From Elusimicrobia bacterium GWF2_62_30 (lineage in GTDB: Bacteria > Elusimicrobiota > Elusimicrobia > Elusimicrobiales > UBA9959): a DNA stretch of 64,000 nt. Position numbers and translations under genes: made by a program. The notes under the pieces were generated by a model that saw only the letters and a list, made by a program, of their open reading frames with translations, did not search any database and was not told the DNA's origin. The stretch is from positions 9,056 through 73,055 of the forward strand of contig MGUK01000070.1 of NCBI GenBank assembly GCA_001799995.1, in the 5' to 3' direction. Positions 17,379-26,063 of this stretch are shown here, piece by piece. Numbering within the stretch: position 1 is the stretch's first letter; each line of letters begins with the position of its first letter.

Positions 17379-17865
17379 GGACGAGCCCGTAGCAGTCCTG
17401 CCCGGACTTCCTGTCCCCCAGAACTTCCAGGTGCATGCCGCTCTTGCGCACCGTCGCAAAGACGTCTATCCCGCACGCTTCCATGGCGGGGCGGGCTTTC
17501 TCCGGGTGCCGGCAGGCCGGCGCGCAGGACCGGCACAGGGAACACGGGCCGGCCGCCAGCGCGAAAGCCTTATAGAAGCCGCGCAGGAAAACCTCCCGCT
17601 CCAGCAGCGGGGCTATGCGGCGTATCTCGCGGCACCGCTCAGCCCGGAACAGCAGCCCGTACTTATACCCGTCCAGCAGTTTACGGGTCACTTCCGGGGC
17701 GGGCGCGTGAGGCGGGCAGGTGAGGGCGGCCCCGAACCTGTCGCAGCCGTACCGGCAGCGCCATCTCACCCATTCGGCGGTAACTACGGAGCCGGCGCGG
17801 ATTATCTTCGCCTTGGCGGCGCCGAGAGCTTCGGCCTTTTTGAGGAATTCGGAGTATTTTTTCAT
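17368..17865 (-). CDS. DUF2284-like predicted metal-binding (Cys-rich) protein
   Basis: CRYGCDRFGAALTCPPHAP and CSLCRSCAPACRHPEKARPAMEACGIDV match the C..YG....CPP / C..C..C....RP.mEa.GiDV pattern I associate with DUF2284, a family often found next to corrinoid enzymes. Confidence 0.6.
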   Translation of the reverse strand: MKKYSEFLKKAEALGAAKAKIIRAGSVVTAEWVRWRCRYGCDRFGAALTCPPHAPAPEVTRKLLDGYKYGLLFRAERCREIRRIAPLLEREVFLRGFYKAFALAAGPCSLCRSCAPACRHPEKARPAMEACGIDVFATVRKSGMHLEVLGDRKSGQDCYGLVLIE

Positions 17866-17887
17866 CTTTCTCCCGTTACGCCCGCCG

Positions 17888-19237
17888 TCAGATGCGCGCT
17901 TTTACCGCGATCAGCTTGCGGATCGCGGCCTTCATCTCCTGTATCTCTGAAAAACCGGCCGAACAGAAATGGCCCACCCAGTCTTCGAACATCCGCCTGA
18001 AATCGAAGATATCGTCGCCGGCGTATTTCTTCTCCACGCCGAGGAGCTGGTGCCAGACGGCCGAGCCCGGGATCATGTTCATCGTGTGGATGATGGCCGT
18101 TTCCCAGGCCTGCGCCGGCAGGTCGAGGCTGTTAAGCTCCCGGAAAGTCGTCTTCAGGCTTTTAACGCTCTCGCCGGGAGCGCCGGCCAGCAGGTACATC
18201 TCCGGGACCACGCCGGCTTTGGCCAGGGTCAGTATCCCCCGCTTGTTGGTCTCGCAGGTGCAGCCCTTGTGCAGGCGGCGCAGGATCCCGTCGTCGAATG
18301 ATTCAACGCCGAGTATGGCGTTGCGGACGTTTATCGAGCGCAGGGACTTCGCGCTGCGCTCCGTCACGTCGTCCAGCCGCAGCGCCACTTTCATCACCGG
18401 CTTTTCCCGGCAGGCTGAGGCGCCCGCGCAGAAGTCCCGGAACCATTCTTTCCCGCCCATAAAATCGGCGCTGGAATCGTACAGGCCGCGTATCCCGTAG
18501 CGCTTCGTCAGGCGGGCAATGCGCTTCCAGAGCAGGTCCGGGGAGATAGTGCGATAGCCCCTGTCCTTGATGCTGCAGAAAACGCAGCGCCCGGCTTTGG
18601 AGGCCCGCATGCAGCCCCGCTGCGTGATAAAAGGGATGATCCTCCCGGCGTACGGTGACTGCCGCGAGAAATATTCCTCCAGGTCGACGAGGGAATAGTC
18701 CAGCTCGGGCAGTTCGGAGGCGTCGGGCGTCGCCACCGGGTTTTCCACGATCTGCCCGCTGCCGGCGCGGTAGACGAGATTGTTTATTTTCGAAAAAGCG
18801 GCGCCTTTCACCAGCTCCAGCAAAGCCCGCTCGCCGTCGTACTGCACCACCGCGTCGACGCAGTGGTCCGCGGAGCCGGGCCCCCTGTTGAGCAGTATCT
18901 CCCGTTTGAGAGGCGTGGCGTAGTTCCCGCCGAAAACGACGAAGGCGCCGTTGCGCTTGAGCAGCCTGGCATAACCGAGGTTATCGGCGTAAGTGAGGAA
19001 AATGGGGCTGAAGCAGGCGAAATCGTACCTGCCGGTCTTCAGCCTTTTCGCGAATTCCTCCCCCCCGAGTATCTGCTGGTCCAGGATGTCTATCCTGAGC
19101 CCGGGCAGGGCCTTCCTGAGATACGAGCCGAGGAAAAGCGCCCAGAGCGGCGGCATGGTGCCCCAGCCCTTTCTGCGCAGGAGAGTGCTCTTCAATACGG
19201 CCGGGGCGTAAACGAACGCGATCTTTTTAACGCGCAT
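17888..19237 (-). CDS. B12-binding-domain radical SAM enzyme with atypical Cys spacing
   Basis: N-terminal MRVKKIAFVYAP...VVFGGNYAT cobalamin-domain-like segment. The cluster motif reads GCMRASKAGRCVFCS (Cx8CxxC) instead of CxxxCxxC. Confidence 0.7.
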   Translation of the reverse strand: MRVKKIAFVYAPAVLKSTLLRRKGWGTMPPLWALFLGSYLRKALPGLRIDILDQQILGGEEFAKRLKTGRYDFACFSPIFLTYADNLGYARLLKRNGAFVVFGGNYATPLKREILLNRGPGSADHCVDAVVQYDGERALLELVKGAAFSKINNLVYRAGSGQIVENPVATPDASELPELDYSLVDLEEYFSRQSPYAGRIIPFITQRGCMRASKAGRCVFCSIKDRGYRTISPDLLWKRIARLTKRYGIRGLYDSSADFMGGKEWFRDFCAGASACREKPVMKVALRLDDVTERSAKSLRSINVRNAILGVESFDDGILRRLHKGCTCETNKRGILTLAKAGVVPEMYLLAGAPGESVKSLKTTFRELNSLDLPAQAWETAIIHTMNMIPGSAVWHQLLGVEKKYAGDDIFDFRRMFEDWVGHFCSAGFSEIQEMKAAIRKLIAVKARI

Positions 19238-19275
19238 ATTGAGATTGTATTAAACTATGCAGAGCGGCGCGGGCT

Positions 19276-19938
19276 TCACTCCACCGCGCGCCGCAGTTCC
19301 CAGTGCCTGTCGCCCTCTACGCGCAGCGAAAGCCCCTTCAGCCCGGCCTTCCGGGCGAAGGCCGCGGCCTCTTCCGGCAGCAGCGCCGCCAGCAGCGAGC
19401 CGCGCAGCAGTTCCCGCTGGCGGGGCGTATCGCCGCAGCAATGCCCCATGCGGTCGGCCAGTTCCCGGGCGGTCCGCGGGCGCCGGAGGTCCCTGATGAG
19501 AACGCCGCCGCCGGGGCGGAGCAGGCGGGCTATCTCCCGGAACAGCAGGCGCGGGTCCGCGATATGATGCGCCAGGTTGTTGCAGACGGCGAAATCGAAG
19601 GAGCGGGGCGGAAGGCCGGTGGCTTTGGCGTCGGCCCGCACCAGGCGTATGCAGCCGGAAAAGCCGCTGCGGGCTATCCGCCCCGAAGCGAGCTTCAGCA
19701 TCGGCAGGGCCATTTCCACGGCCGTGACCCGCGCCCCCTTTATGCGCCGGCAGATCTCGACGGGGATGCCGCAAGGGCCGGCGCCGAGGTCGATCAGCCC
19801 GCCCCGGGCGAAGCCGAGCTCTTCCGACAGGACCCTTACGAATTCCATCTCCGCGGCCGCGTGGTCGATCTTCCCGTATTCGCGGGCGTCGCGGTCCGTC
19901 TCCATCAGTTCGGGCTCAAGCACCCTTTTCAAGGCCAT
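19276..19938 (-). CDS. Class I SAM-dependent methyltransferase
   Basis: Motif I LIDLGAGPCGIP, acidic post-I residue (VTAVEMA), motif III-like FDFAVCNNLAHHI, LLRPGGGVLI. Confidence 0.8.
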   Translation of the reverse strand: MALKRVLEPELMETDRDAREYGKIDHAAAEMEFVRVLSEELGFARGGLIDLGAGPCGIPVEICRRIKGARVTAVEMALPMLKLASGRIARSGFSGCIRLVRADAKATGLPPRSFDFAVCNNLAHHIADPRLLFREIARLLRPGGGVLIRDLRRPRTARELADRMGHCCGDTPRQRELLRGSLLAALLPEEAAAFARKAGLKGLSLRVEGDRHWELRRAVE

Positions 19939-20015
19939 AGATTATAGAACGATTATATACAATTTCCCGGGAGCGGGTGCCGCTTTCCGGGCGGCGGCAC
20001 CGCGCCGGTCTTTAT

Positions 20016-20024
20016 TGTTATAAT
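20016..20024 (+). promoter_or_regulatory. Extended -10-like box TGtTATAAT upstream of the 20071 operon
   Basis: ctttatTGTTATAATttgtac, 47 nt upstream of the ATG at 20071, in the divergent intergenic region 19939-20070. Confidence 0.35.
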
Positions 20025-20070
20025 TTGTACTGTCGCCGGAGCACGCAAGCGCCTGTCCGGCGGCTGGCAT

Positions 20071-22119
20071 ATGGTCCTTAACTACATCCTATATTACGGC
20101 CTCGCCGCCTGCTGGGCGCTGAACATCTATTTCCTGGCGCTCTTCGCGCTGGAATGGCATGAGAACGAGCCGGAAAAACTGGGGGCCTGGCTGTCGATGG
20201 GGGCGCTGGCCGCGCTGGCCGTCGGCGTTATGTTCTTCCTGCCGGCGCGCGGCGGCTACGACAACAACCACGATTTCCTGTGCCTGGGCCAGGAGTTCTT
20301 CACTTCCCGCCCCGGCATACTGCTCACGTTCAAGGAGGTTTCCCCCCTGTTCACCGACGGGATCTCGGACTACGCCAGCGGCAAGTCCATTTTCGCCGTG
20401 CTGTGGAAGAACCGGCTGCTGCCGGTCTTTTCCCTATTCCTGTTCTTCACGGGCCTGCGCCGCCTGGGGGCGGGCATCCTGGTCTCCGCGGTCTCGGCGG
20501 CATTTTTCTTCCTGAATTTCCTTTCCCTTCTAAACGCCTCCTCGTTCTCCACCACCTCCTCTAACATTTTCATCATGCTGTTATGCCTGCTGTCGATCTT
20601 CGACGCCTACGCCTCGAAAGAGGGCCCGGGGGTATACGGCACCGCCTGGATAGCTTCCTCCCTGGTGCTGGTGATCGGCGCCAGGATAGAATTCTTGCCG
20701 GCCTGCCTGCTCCTTATAGCGGGCCTCATCGCCGTAAAAGCCGCCAGGGGCAACAGGTTCTTCCTTAAACCCGCCAACCTCGCGGTGATCGCGGCGGGCG
20801 TCCTGCTGGCCGCGGCCTGGGCCCGGCACACGCTCAACCCCAGCCCGGTCAGGCAGGTCGGCGGGGATATCCAGCCGCTTTTCAACCTGCTGTACCAGCT
20901 GGGGGCCAGGAACCTGGGAACGATGACGGGCTGGGCGCCGCACCTGCAGGGGATCCGCAAGCTCATAGATCACTCCATCCCCCCCGCCTGCTACGCGCTT
21001 TGCGCGGCGCTGTTCCTCTTTATTGCAGCGGGCATTGCGGCCGGCTGCCTGGCCGACCGGGAAAGCTGCAGGCGCAGGCTGGGAGCCCTCGCGCTATTGT
21101 CGGCGTGGGCGGGTTATTTTTCCGTTATTTTCCAGCCGCTGGATTTCTACCCGCTGCATTTCATGCGCCACCAGCTGTATTTTTTCCTGCCGTTCGCGTT
21201 CCTCTTCGCCGCGGGCCTGGACGGGTTCGAACGCGCCGCGGGCGCCCGCGCGAAGGGCTTTTTTACCGCGCTTTGCGTGCTGGCGGCCGCCCACTACGCC
21301 GTGCTCAACGCGCGCGCCGCGGTCGGCTTCAACCGGGAATTGCGCACCAACGACAGGGAACTGGAATTCCTGATGCAGGCGCGGCGGGAATGGCCGCCGG
21401 ACGCCCTGGCGGTGTACCCGGTACGCTCCAGGGCTAACACCCGGGCCGACGTGGTGCGGAAATATTTCCCGCTGATGCCGGACTGCGACCGCGGCGCGGG
21501 GCAAAAGCTGCTGAAGTACGTCTCGCCGGAAAACCTGGTCTTCAGGGATTCCGGGGCCGGCCCGCTCCGGCAGGCGCCGCTGCTCCCCGGCCCGCCGGGC
21601 TCCGCCTGGAAAGCCGTCGATTTCAAACATTCCTTTTACACCGCTATCGAGGGCTCTGTCACCGAAACGACGGAGCCGCTCCCGGTGACGGCTGGTTTCT
21701 TCAGCCTCGACGTTTCGGGACGCGACGCGGCTTTCCTTAAAACCATGGACGGCGCCTGCGCTTTCGACGCGGGCAATTACAGCGAAGCGGCCCTGCAGTT
21801 CGGCCGGGCGGCGGCCGCCGATCCCTCCTGCCTTAACTGCAAGTACTTCCTGGCGCTTTCCTACGCGGCGGAAAAGAAAAAGACCGCGGCGGCGGCCGAG
21901 CTGGCGAAGATAGAGAAGCTCTCCGGCGCGAAAGTTCCGCCGGAACACCGCGCCCTTATAGAAGCGCTCGCCCGGGGAGAGACCGCGGCGGCCGCGGGCC
22001 TGGCGCGCGAGCTGGGCGGCAAGGACACGGAATTCTTTTTCCGGAAGAACTTTCCGCGGGCCATAGAGGAACTGGGAACGGTCCGGCAATACCGGCCGGA
22101 GGCTCCCCCGAAGCGATGA
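20071..22119 (+). CDS. Polytopic membrane protein with C-terminal TPR domain (GT-C/ArnT-like layout, tentative)
   Basis: About 10-12 hydrophobic segments over the first ~400 aa, then a soluble region with TPR-like repeats (GNYSEAALQFGRAAAADPSCLNCKYFLALSYAA). No catalytic motif recognised. Confidence 0.5.
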   Translation: MVLNYILYYGLAACWALNIYFLALFALEWHENEPEKLGAWLSMGALAALAVGVMFFLPARGGYDNNHDFLCLGQEFFTSRPGILLTFKEVSPLFTDGISDYASGKSIFAVLWKNRLLPVFSLFLFFTGLRRLGAGILVSAVSAAFFFLNFLSLLNASSFSTTSSNIFIMLLCLLSIFDAYASKEGPGVYGTAWIASSLVLVIGARIEFLPACLLLIAGLIAVKAARGNRFFLKPANLAVIAAGVLLAAAWARHTLNPSPVRQVGGDIQPLFNLLYQLGARNLGTMTGWAPHLQGIRKLIDHSIPPACYALCAALFLFIAAGIAAGCLADRESCRRRLGALALLSAWAGYFSVIFQPLDFYPLHFMRHQLYFFLPFAFLFAAGLDGFERAAGARAKGFFTALCVLAAAHYAVLNARAAVGFNRELRTNDRELEFLMQARREWPPDALAVYPVRSRANTRADVVRKYFPLMPDCDRGAGQKLLKYVSPENLVFRDSGAGPLRQAPLLPGPPGSAWKAVDFKHSFYTAIEGSVTETTEPLPVTAGFFSLDVSGRDAAFLKTMDGACAFDAGNYSEAALQFGRAAAADPSCLNCKYFLALSYAAEKKKTAAAAELAKIEKLSGAKVPPEHRALIEALARGETAAAAGLARELGGKDTEFFFRKNFPRAIEELGTVRQYRPEAPPKR

Positions 22120-23312
22120 AGCACAGACTGCTGGCCCTTGCGCTCGGCTTCGCCGCCGCCCTGCTCCTGGCCGAGGCGGCGCTCAGGCTGACCGGCTCCG
22201 CCTGGAACAAGGCGGAGGCGCGCCCCGGCGCGCCCGGCTACAGGATCCTGTGCCTGGGGGACTCCTTCACCTATAATTTTTCGCTCAGCACGGACCAGAG
22301 CTACCCCGGGCAGCTGGAGCATCTCCTCAACCGCAACAGGGAGGGCCTGGCTTTCACCGTGATCAACGCGGGAGTCCCCGGCCAGAACACCTCGCAGATA
22401 CTGCGGGCGCTGGAGGGCGATCTTGCCGAAGCCAGACCCGCCCTGGTCCTCCTCCTGGCCGGCGGGGCGAACAGCTGGAACTATTACGGCTACCGCTCCT
22501 TCCTCTACACGGGCTGGTGGGCGCGCCTGGCGGACCGGCTTTATACCATCAGGGTGGTAAAACTGATAAGCCTGCTGCTGCCCGGCGGGGCCGGCGGCAA
22601 TCCAGCGGCGGCAGAGCCCGGCCGCGGCCGCGGGAAAATGGCCGCCGGGCAGTGCCTGCCCAAAGCCGCCGACGCCGCGATCTCGGAACATTACCGGCAG
22701 GCCGACGCGGCGGCGGGAAACGGAGACCGGCCCGGGGCCATCGACCGGTTGAAAGAAGCGGCGCTGCTGGACCCTGAGAACGCCTTTATCTGCTGGGACC
22801 TGGCCAGGCTGTACGAGGCCGCCGGGAACAGCGCCGAAGCGGCCGCCTGGCGCGCGAAGGGACTGCAGGCCCCGGCCGACTGCCCGCTGCACGCTCTCTA
22901 TCCGAACCTGCAGGGCGAACCGCAGCCCGCCCGGGACTTTTCCAGGTGGCTTTCCCACGACCTGGAAAAGATAATAGACATCTGCCGGGAAAAGGGCATC
23001 CCGGTCATCCTGCAGAATTACCCGGTGCGCAACAAGACCCTCTGGGCCTATCTCCCGGAAAACTACGCCGAGATAGCCCGGAAGAAGTCGGTGCCGCTGG
23101 TGGACAACTATTCCGTTTTCGAGAAGCTGACGGCCGGCGGCCGCAACCTGTTCAACGCGGACACGTTCGGCCATTGCACCGCCGAGGGTTACGGCATCAT
23201 GGCCGCCAACGCGGCGGATGCCATAATAAAGACCCGCATCTTCCCCCTCGCGGAGCTGCCGGTCCCCGCGCGCGCGGGGCCGCGCCCTGAAAAGGCGGCC
23301 GGCCATGACTAA
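22116..23312 (+). CDS. Membrane-anchored SGNH/GDSL-type hydrolase with an inserted TPR segment
   Basis: The start overlaps the upstream stop (ATGA). TM anchor, block I ILCLGDSFTYN, block II VINAGVPGQNTS, block III LLAGGANSWN, terminal FGHCTAEGY. TPR-like insert (DPENAFICWDLARLYEAAGN). Confidence 0.65.
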   Translation: MKHRLLALALGFAAALLLAEAALRLTGSAWNKAEARPGAPGYRILCLGDSFTYNFSLSTDQSYPGQLEHLLNRNREGLAFTVINAGVPGQNTSQILRALEGDLAEARPALVLLLAGGANSWNYYGYRSFLYTGWWARLADRLYTIRVVKLISLLLPGGAGGNPAAAEPGRGRGKMAAGQCLPKAADAAISEHYRQADAAAGNGDRPGAIDRLKEAALLDPENAFICWDLARLYEAAGNSAEAAAWRAKGLQAPADCPLHALYPNLQGEPQPARDFSRWLSHDLEKIIDICREKGIPVILQNYPVRNKTLWAYLPENYAEIARKKSVPLVDNYSVFEKLTAGGRNLFNADTFGHCTAEGYGIMAANAADAIIKTRIFPLAELPVPARAGPRPEKAAGHD

Positions 23313-24513
23313 AGGTTTAAAAAGCTTTGTCGTCAAACTGGCGGCCTTCCTGGCCGGCGCCCTGCTCCTGACGCTCTGCCTCGAAGTCTCGCTGCGGCTG
23401 TTCGGAAGCCGTTACGCGGCCCGCCTGTCCGCCCGCGGGCAGGACGGGGCCTACACCGTGCTCTGCGTGGGAGACTCCTTCACGTACGGGGCCGGAGCCC
23501 CGGCGGAGAGCAGTTACCCGCGCCAGCTCGAGAACGTGCTTAAGGAAAGATTTCCCGGGCAGGCTTTCAGCGTTGTGAACTTCGGCGAGTCCGGCCAGAA
23601 CACGGCCCAGCTCCTCGACCGGCTGCCGCAGGCGCTGGATAAAGTCCGCCCCGACGCGGTAATCCTGCTGTCCGGCCTCAACAACTTCTGGAACTACTGG
23701 GGCTACCGCGACGACAAGGGCCCGCGCCGCCCGGAGGCGCTGGACCGTGTGCGCGTAGCGCGCCTGGCAAAGCTCCTCTGGCGGGAAGTTTCGCGCCGGG
23801 CCGCGGACAGGGCCGCGCGCAGGAAAGAAGAACGCCGGCTGCGGTGCCGCGGCGTGCCGGAGCACGGCCTTTGCATAGAAAAGATGAAGGAGTTCAAGGA
23901 CATCGACGGGATACTGGAGGTCTGCAAGACCGCGGTCCGCAAATGTCCCCAGGATATGGACGCCCTGAAAAGCGTCGGCTTCACCTACCTTAACACCTTC
24001 AGGCCGGTGGAGGCGCTGGAATGGCTGAAAAAAGCGGCCGACGAGGACCCCGGCGACCCGCTCGTCTATATCGGGATAAGCAACGCCCTCGGCAAGGACC
24101 GCGCGGAGGCCGAGAGATGGATGAGGCTGGGCGCGCTGCGCACCGGCGGCGGGACCGCGGCCCTGCTATCCGGGAACTACGACGTGCCCGCCTGGATAAA
24201 GCTGGACCTGGACGAGATCTCCGGGCTGGCCTCGGCGCACGGCACGGCGCTCATCTTCCAGAACTATCCAAGCGCTGAACTTAAAGAAGCGGTCACCGCC
24301 TCGGACCTGCTGCGCCGGGCGGCCGCCGCCCGCTCGCTGCCGTTCGCGGACCAGGCTTTTGTATTCTCAAAATTCGTGGCGGCCGGCCGCCGGGACGACT
24401 ACTTCGCGTACAAGGACCCGCATTGCTCGGCGCGCGGCTACCGCATAATGGCGGAGCAGGTCGCGGACGTCCTGGCTAAAAAAGGTTTAGTGAGGCGGGG
24501 CGCGGCGAAATGA
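23305..24513 (+). CDS. Membrane-anchored SGNH/GDSL-type hydrolase with an inserted TPR segment (paralogue)
   Basis: VLCVGDSFTYGAG, VVNFGESGQNT, LLSGLNNFWNY, DPHCSARGY. Same block order as 22116-23312. Confidence 0.65.
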   Translation: MTKGLKSFVVKLAAFLAGALLLTLCLEVSLRLFGSRYAARLSARGQDGAYTVLCVGDSFTYGAGAPAESSYPRQLENVLKERFPGQAFSVVNFGESGQNTAQLLDRLPQALDKVRPDAVILLSGLNNFWNYWGYRDDKGPRRPEALDRVRVARLAKLLWREVSRRAADRAARRKEERRLRCRGVPEHGLCIEKMKEFKDIDGILEVCKTAVRKCPQDMDALKSVGFTYLNTFRPVEALEWLKKAADEDPGDPLVYIGISNALGKDRAEAERWMRLGALRTGGGTAALLSGNYDVPAWIKLDLDEISGLASAHGTALIFQNYPSAELKEAVTASDLLRRAAAARSLPFADQAFVFSKFVAAGRRDDYFAYKDPHCSARGYRIMAEQVADVLAKKGLVRRGAAK

Positions 24514-24532
24514 CCGGCCCGGGCGAAGGGCT

Positions 24533-26050
24533 TCACCTGCCGAGATAGCCGGCCAGTGCGTCGGCGGCATTGGCCGCTATCAGCTCGTTCCCGGCCCCGG
24601 TGCAGTGGCCGAAATTCCCCGCGAACATGTCCTGGAAGTAATAGGTATAGCCCTTTTCATTTACCGCCTTCCTGAAAGTCCGCTCGTTCGCGATAAAAAT
24701 AATATCGCCGGGCTCCTCGAAGAGCGCCTTCAGGGGGGCCGGGTCGCACAGGGGATACTGCATCACCGCGAGCCGGATGCCGCGTTCCTTCAGTATGCGG
24801 CGGAGTTCGCGGAAATTGGTCCGCGTCTTATACGTGAACAGGGCGCGGGTAGAAGAAAGCTTCTGCGCGTACCCGGCAGCCAGGGCGGGGCGCCCGCTCT
24901 CGGTGTAAAGGCTGGCCAGCGCGCCGGAGACCTTCTCGTTGTACGGGTCCAGCGAACGCGCTTTCTGCAGCAGTTTCTCCGCTTTTAAATAATCCTTGTC
25001 GGCGATGTACATCCAGGAAAGCTCGAGGATTGCTTCCTCCCGCACCTCCAGCGGGTTTTCGGGGGCCAGCGCCCGGAGCATCGCGGCTTCCGCTTTCTCT
25101 CGCCGGCCCTGGAATTTATAAGCCCTTCCGAGGTAGGTCCAGTTCTCCCCCGTCGGGTTAAGCTCGGCCGCCTTCTGCAGGTACGGGAGGCCGCGCCCGG
25201 CGTCATTCCGGATAAGCAGGTAATACATCCCGAGCGTCCACGCCACGAAAGAATTATTTGGTTCCAGTTTCTCCGCCCGCAGCAGCAGGTCCTTTCCCTT
25301 CCCGCTCTGGTCCGTCCCCGTCTCCCGCCAGGACTTGTGCAGCACCCAGTACCGGCCCAGCAGGTACAGGGAAGCGGCGTCGCGCGGGTCGCGCTCTATC
25401 TTCTGGAGAAGTTCCTTCTCGTGCCGGGTAATGTCCAGCGTACCGTCATGGTACGGCCCGTAAGGGTCCATCAGCGCCGGCGCGCGCGATACCTGCGGCG
25501 CCACCCGCACCGGCAGCGGCCGCTCGGCTTTTTCTTTATTGAGCAGCAGCTTGAACAGTTTGTATACACGGAGGTGCCTGAACAGGGGGCTGCCGGGATC
25601 GCTGACGCCTTCGTAATACCGGACAAAGCCGTCGTTCATGCCCATCATCGCTATCACCAGGTCCGGCCGGACCTCGTCGAGGTTCTTTTCAAGCTCGCGC
25701 AGGATGTCGGTAGTGTTGACCGCCGGGACCCCTTTATTCACCACGCTGAACCGGAGGGCCGGGTAGCGTTTTGCGAGCGTATCCTCCAGCAGGAAGGGCC
25801 AGGAGCCTTTGCCTCCGGCGGTGGTCGATTCGCCCAGGCACATGATGCGGTAACCCTCGCGCCCTACGGCAAGGCTGTTGCGCTTTTCCTGGGAGGCGCG
25901 GTAAAAGAAACCGCCCAGGCGCAGCGCCGCCTCCGCGCTGAAAAGCGCGAAAATAATTCCCAGGGCCAGCGCCAGGGCCTTCCGGGCCGCCGGCCGGGAG
26001 AGCGGCGGCTTTTTTTCCCCTGCCGGGGGAACGTGTGTTGGAGTTGTCAT
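24533..26050 (-). CDS. Membrane-anchored SGNH/GDSL-type hydrolase with TPR repeats (paralogue)
   Basis: An internal ATG at 26050 (MTTPTHV...) is preferred so that the gene does not overlap the upstream gene. IMCLGESTTAGG, VVNKGVPAVNT, AMMGMNDG, FGHCTGAGN. Several TPR-like repeats in between. Confidence 0.65.
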   Translation of the reverse strand: MTTPTHVPPAGEKKPPLSRPAARKALALALGIIFALFSAEAALRLGGFFYRASQEKRNSLAVGREGYRIMCLGESTTAGGKGSWPFLLEDTLAKRYPALRFSVVNKGVPAVNTTDILRELEKNLDEVRPDLVIAMMGMNDGFVRYYEGVSDPGSPLFRHLRVYKLFKLLLNKEKAERPLPVRVAPQVSRAPALMDPYGPYHDGTLDITRHEKELLQKIERDPRDAASLYLLGRYWVLHKSWRETGTDQSGKGKDLLLRAEKLEPNNSFVAWTLGMYYLLIRNDAGRGLPYLQKAAELNPTGENWTYLGRAYKFQGRREKAEAAMLRALAPENPLEVREEAILELSWMYIADKDYLKAEKLLQKARSLDPYNEKVSGALASLYTESGRPALAAGYAQKLSSTRALFTYKTRTNFRELRRILKERGIRLAVMQYPLCDPAPLKALFEEPGDIIFIANERTFRKAVNEKGYTYYFQDMFAGNFGHCTGAGNELIAANAADALAGYLGR

Positions 26051-26063
26051 TTGCGGGGCGGCT

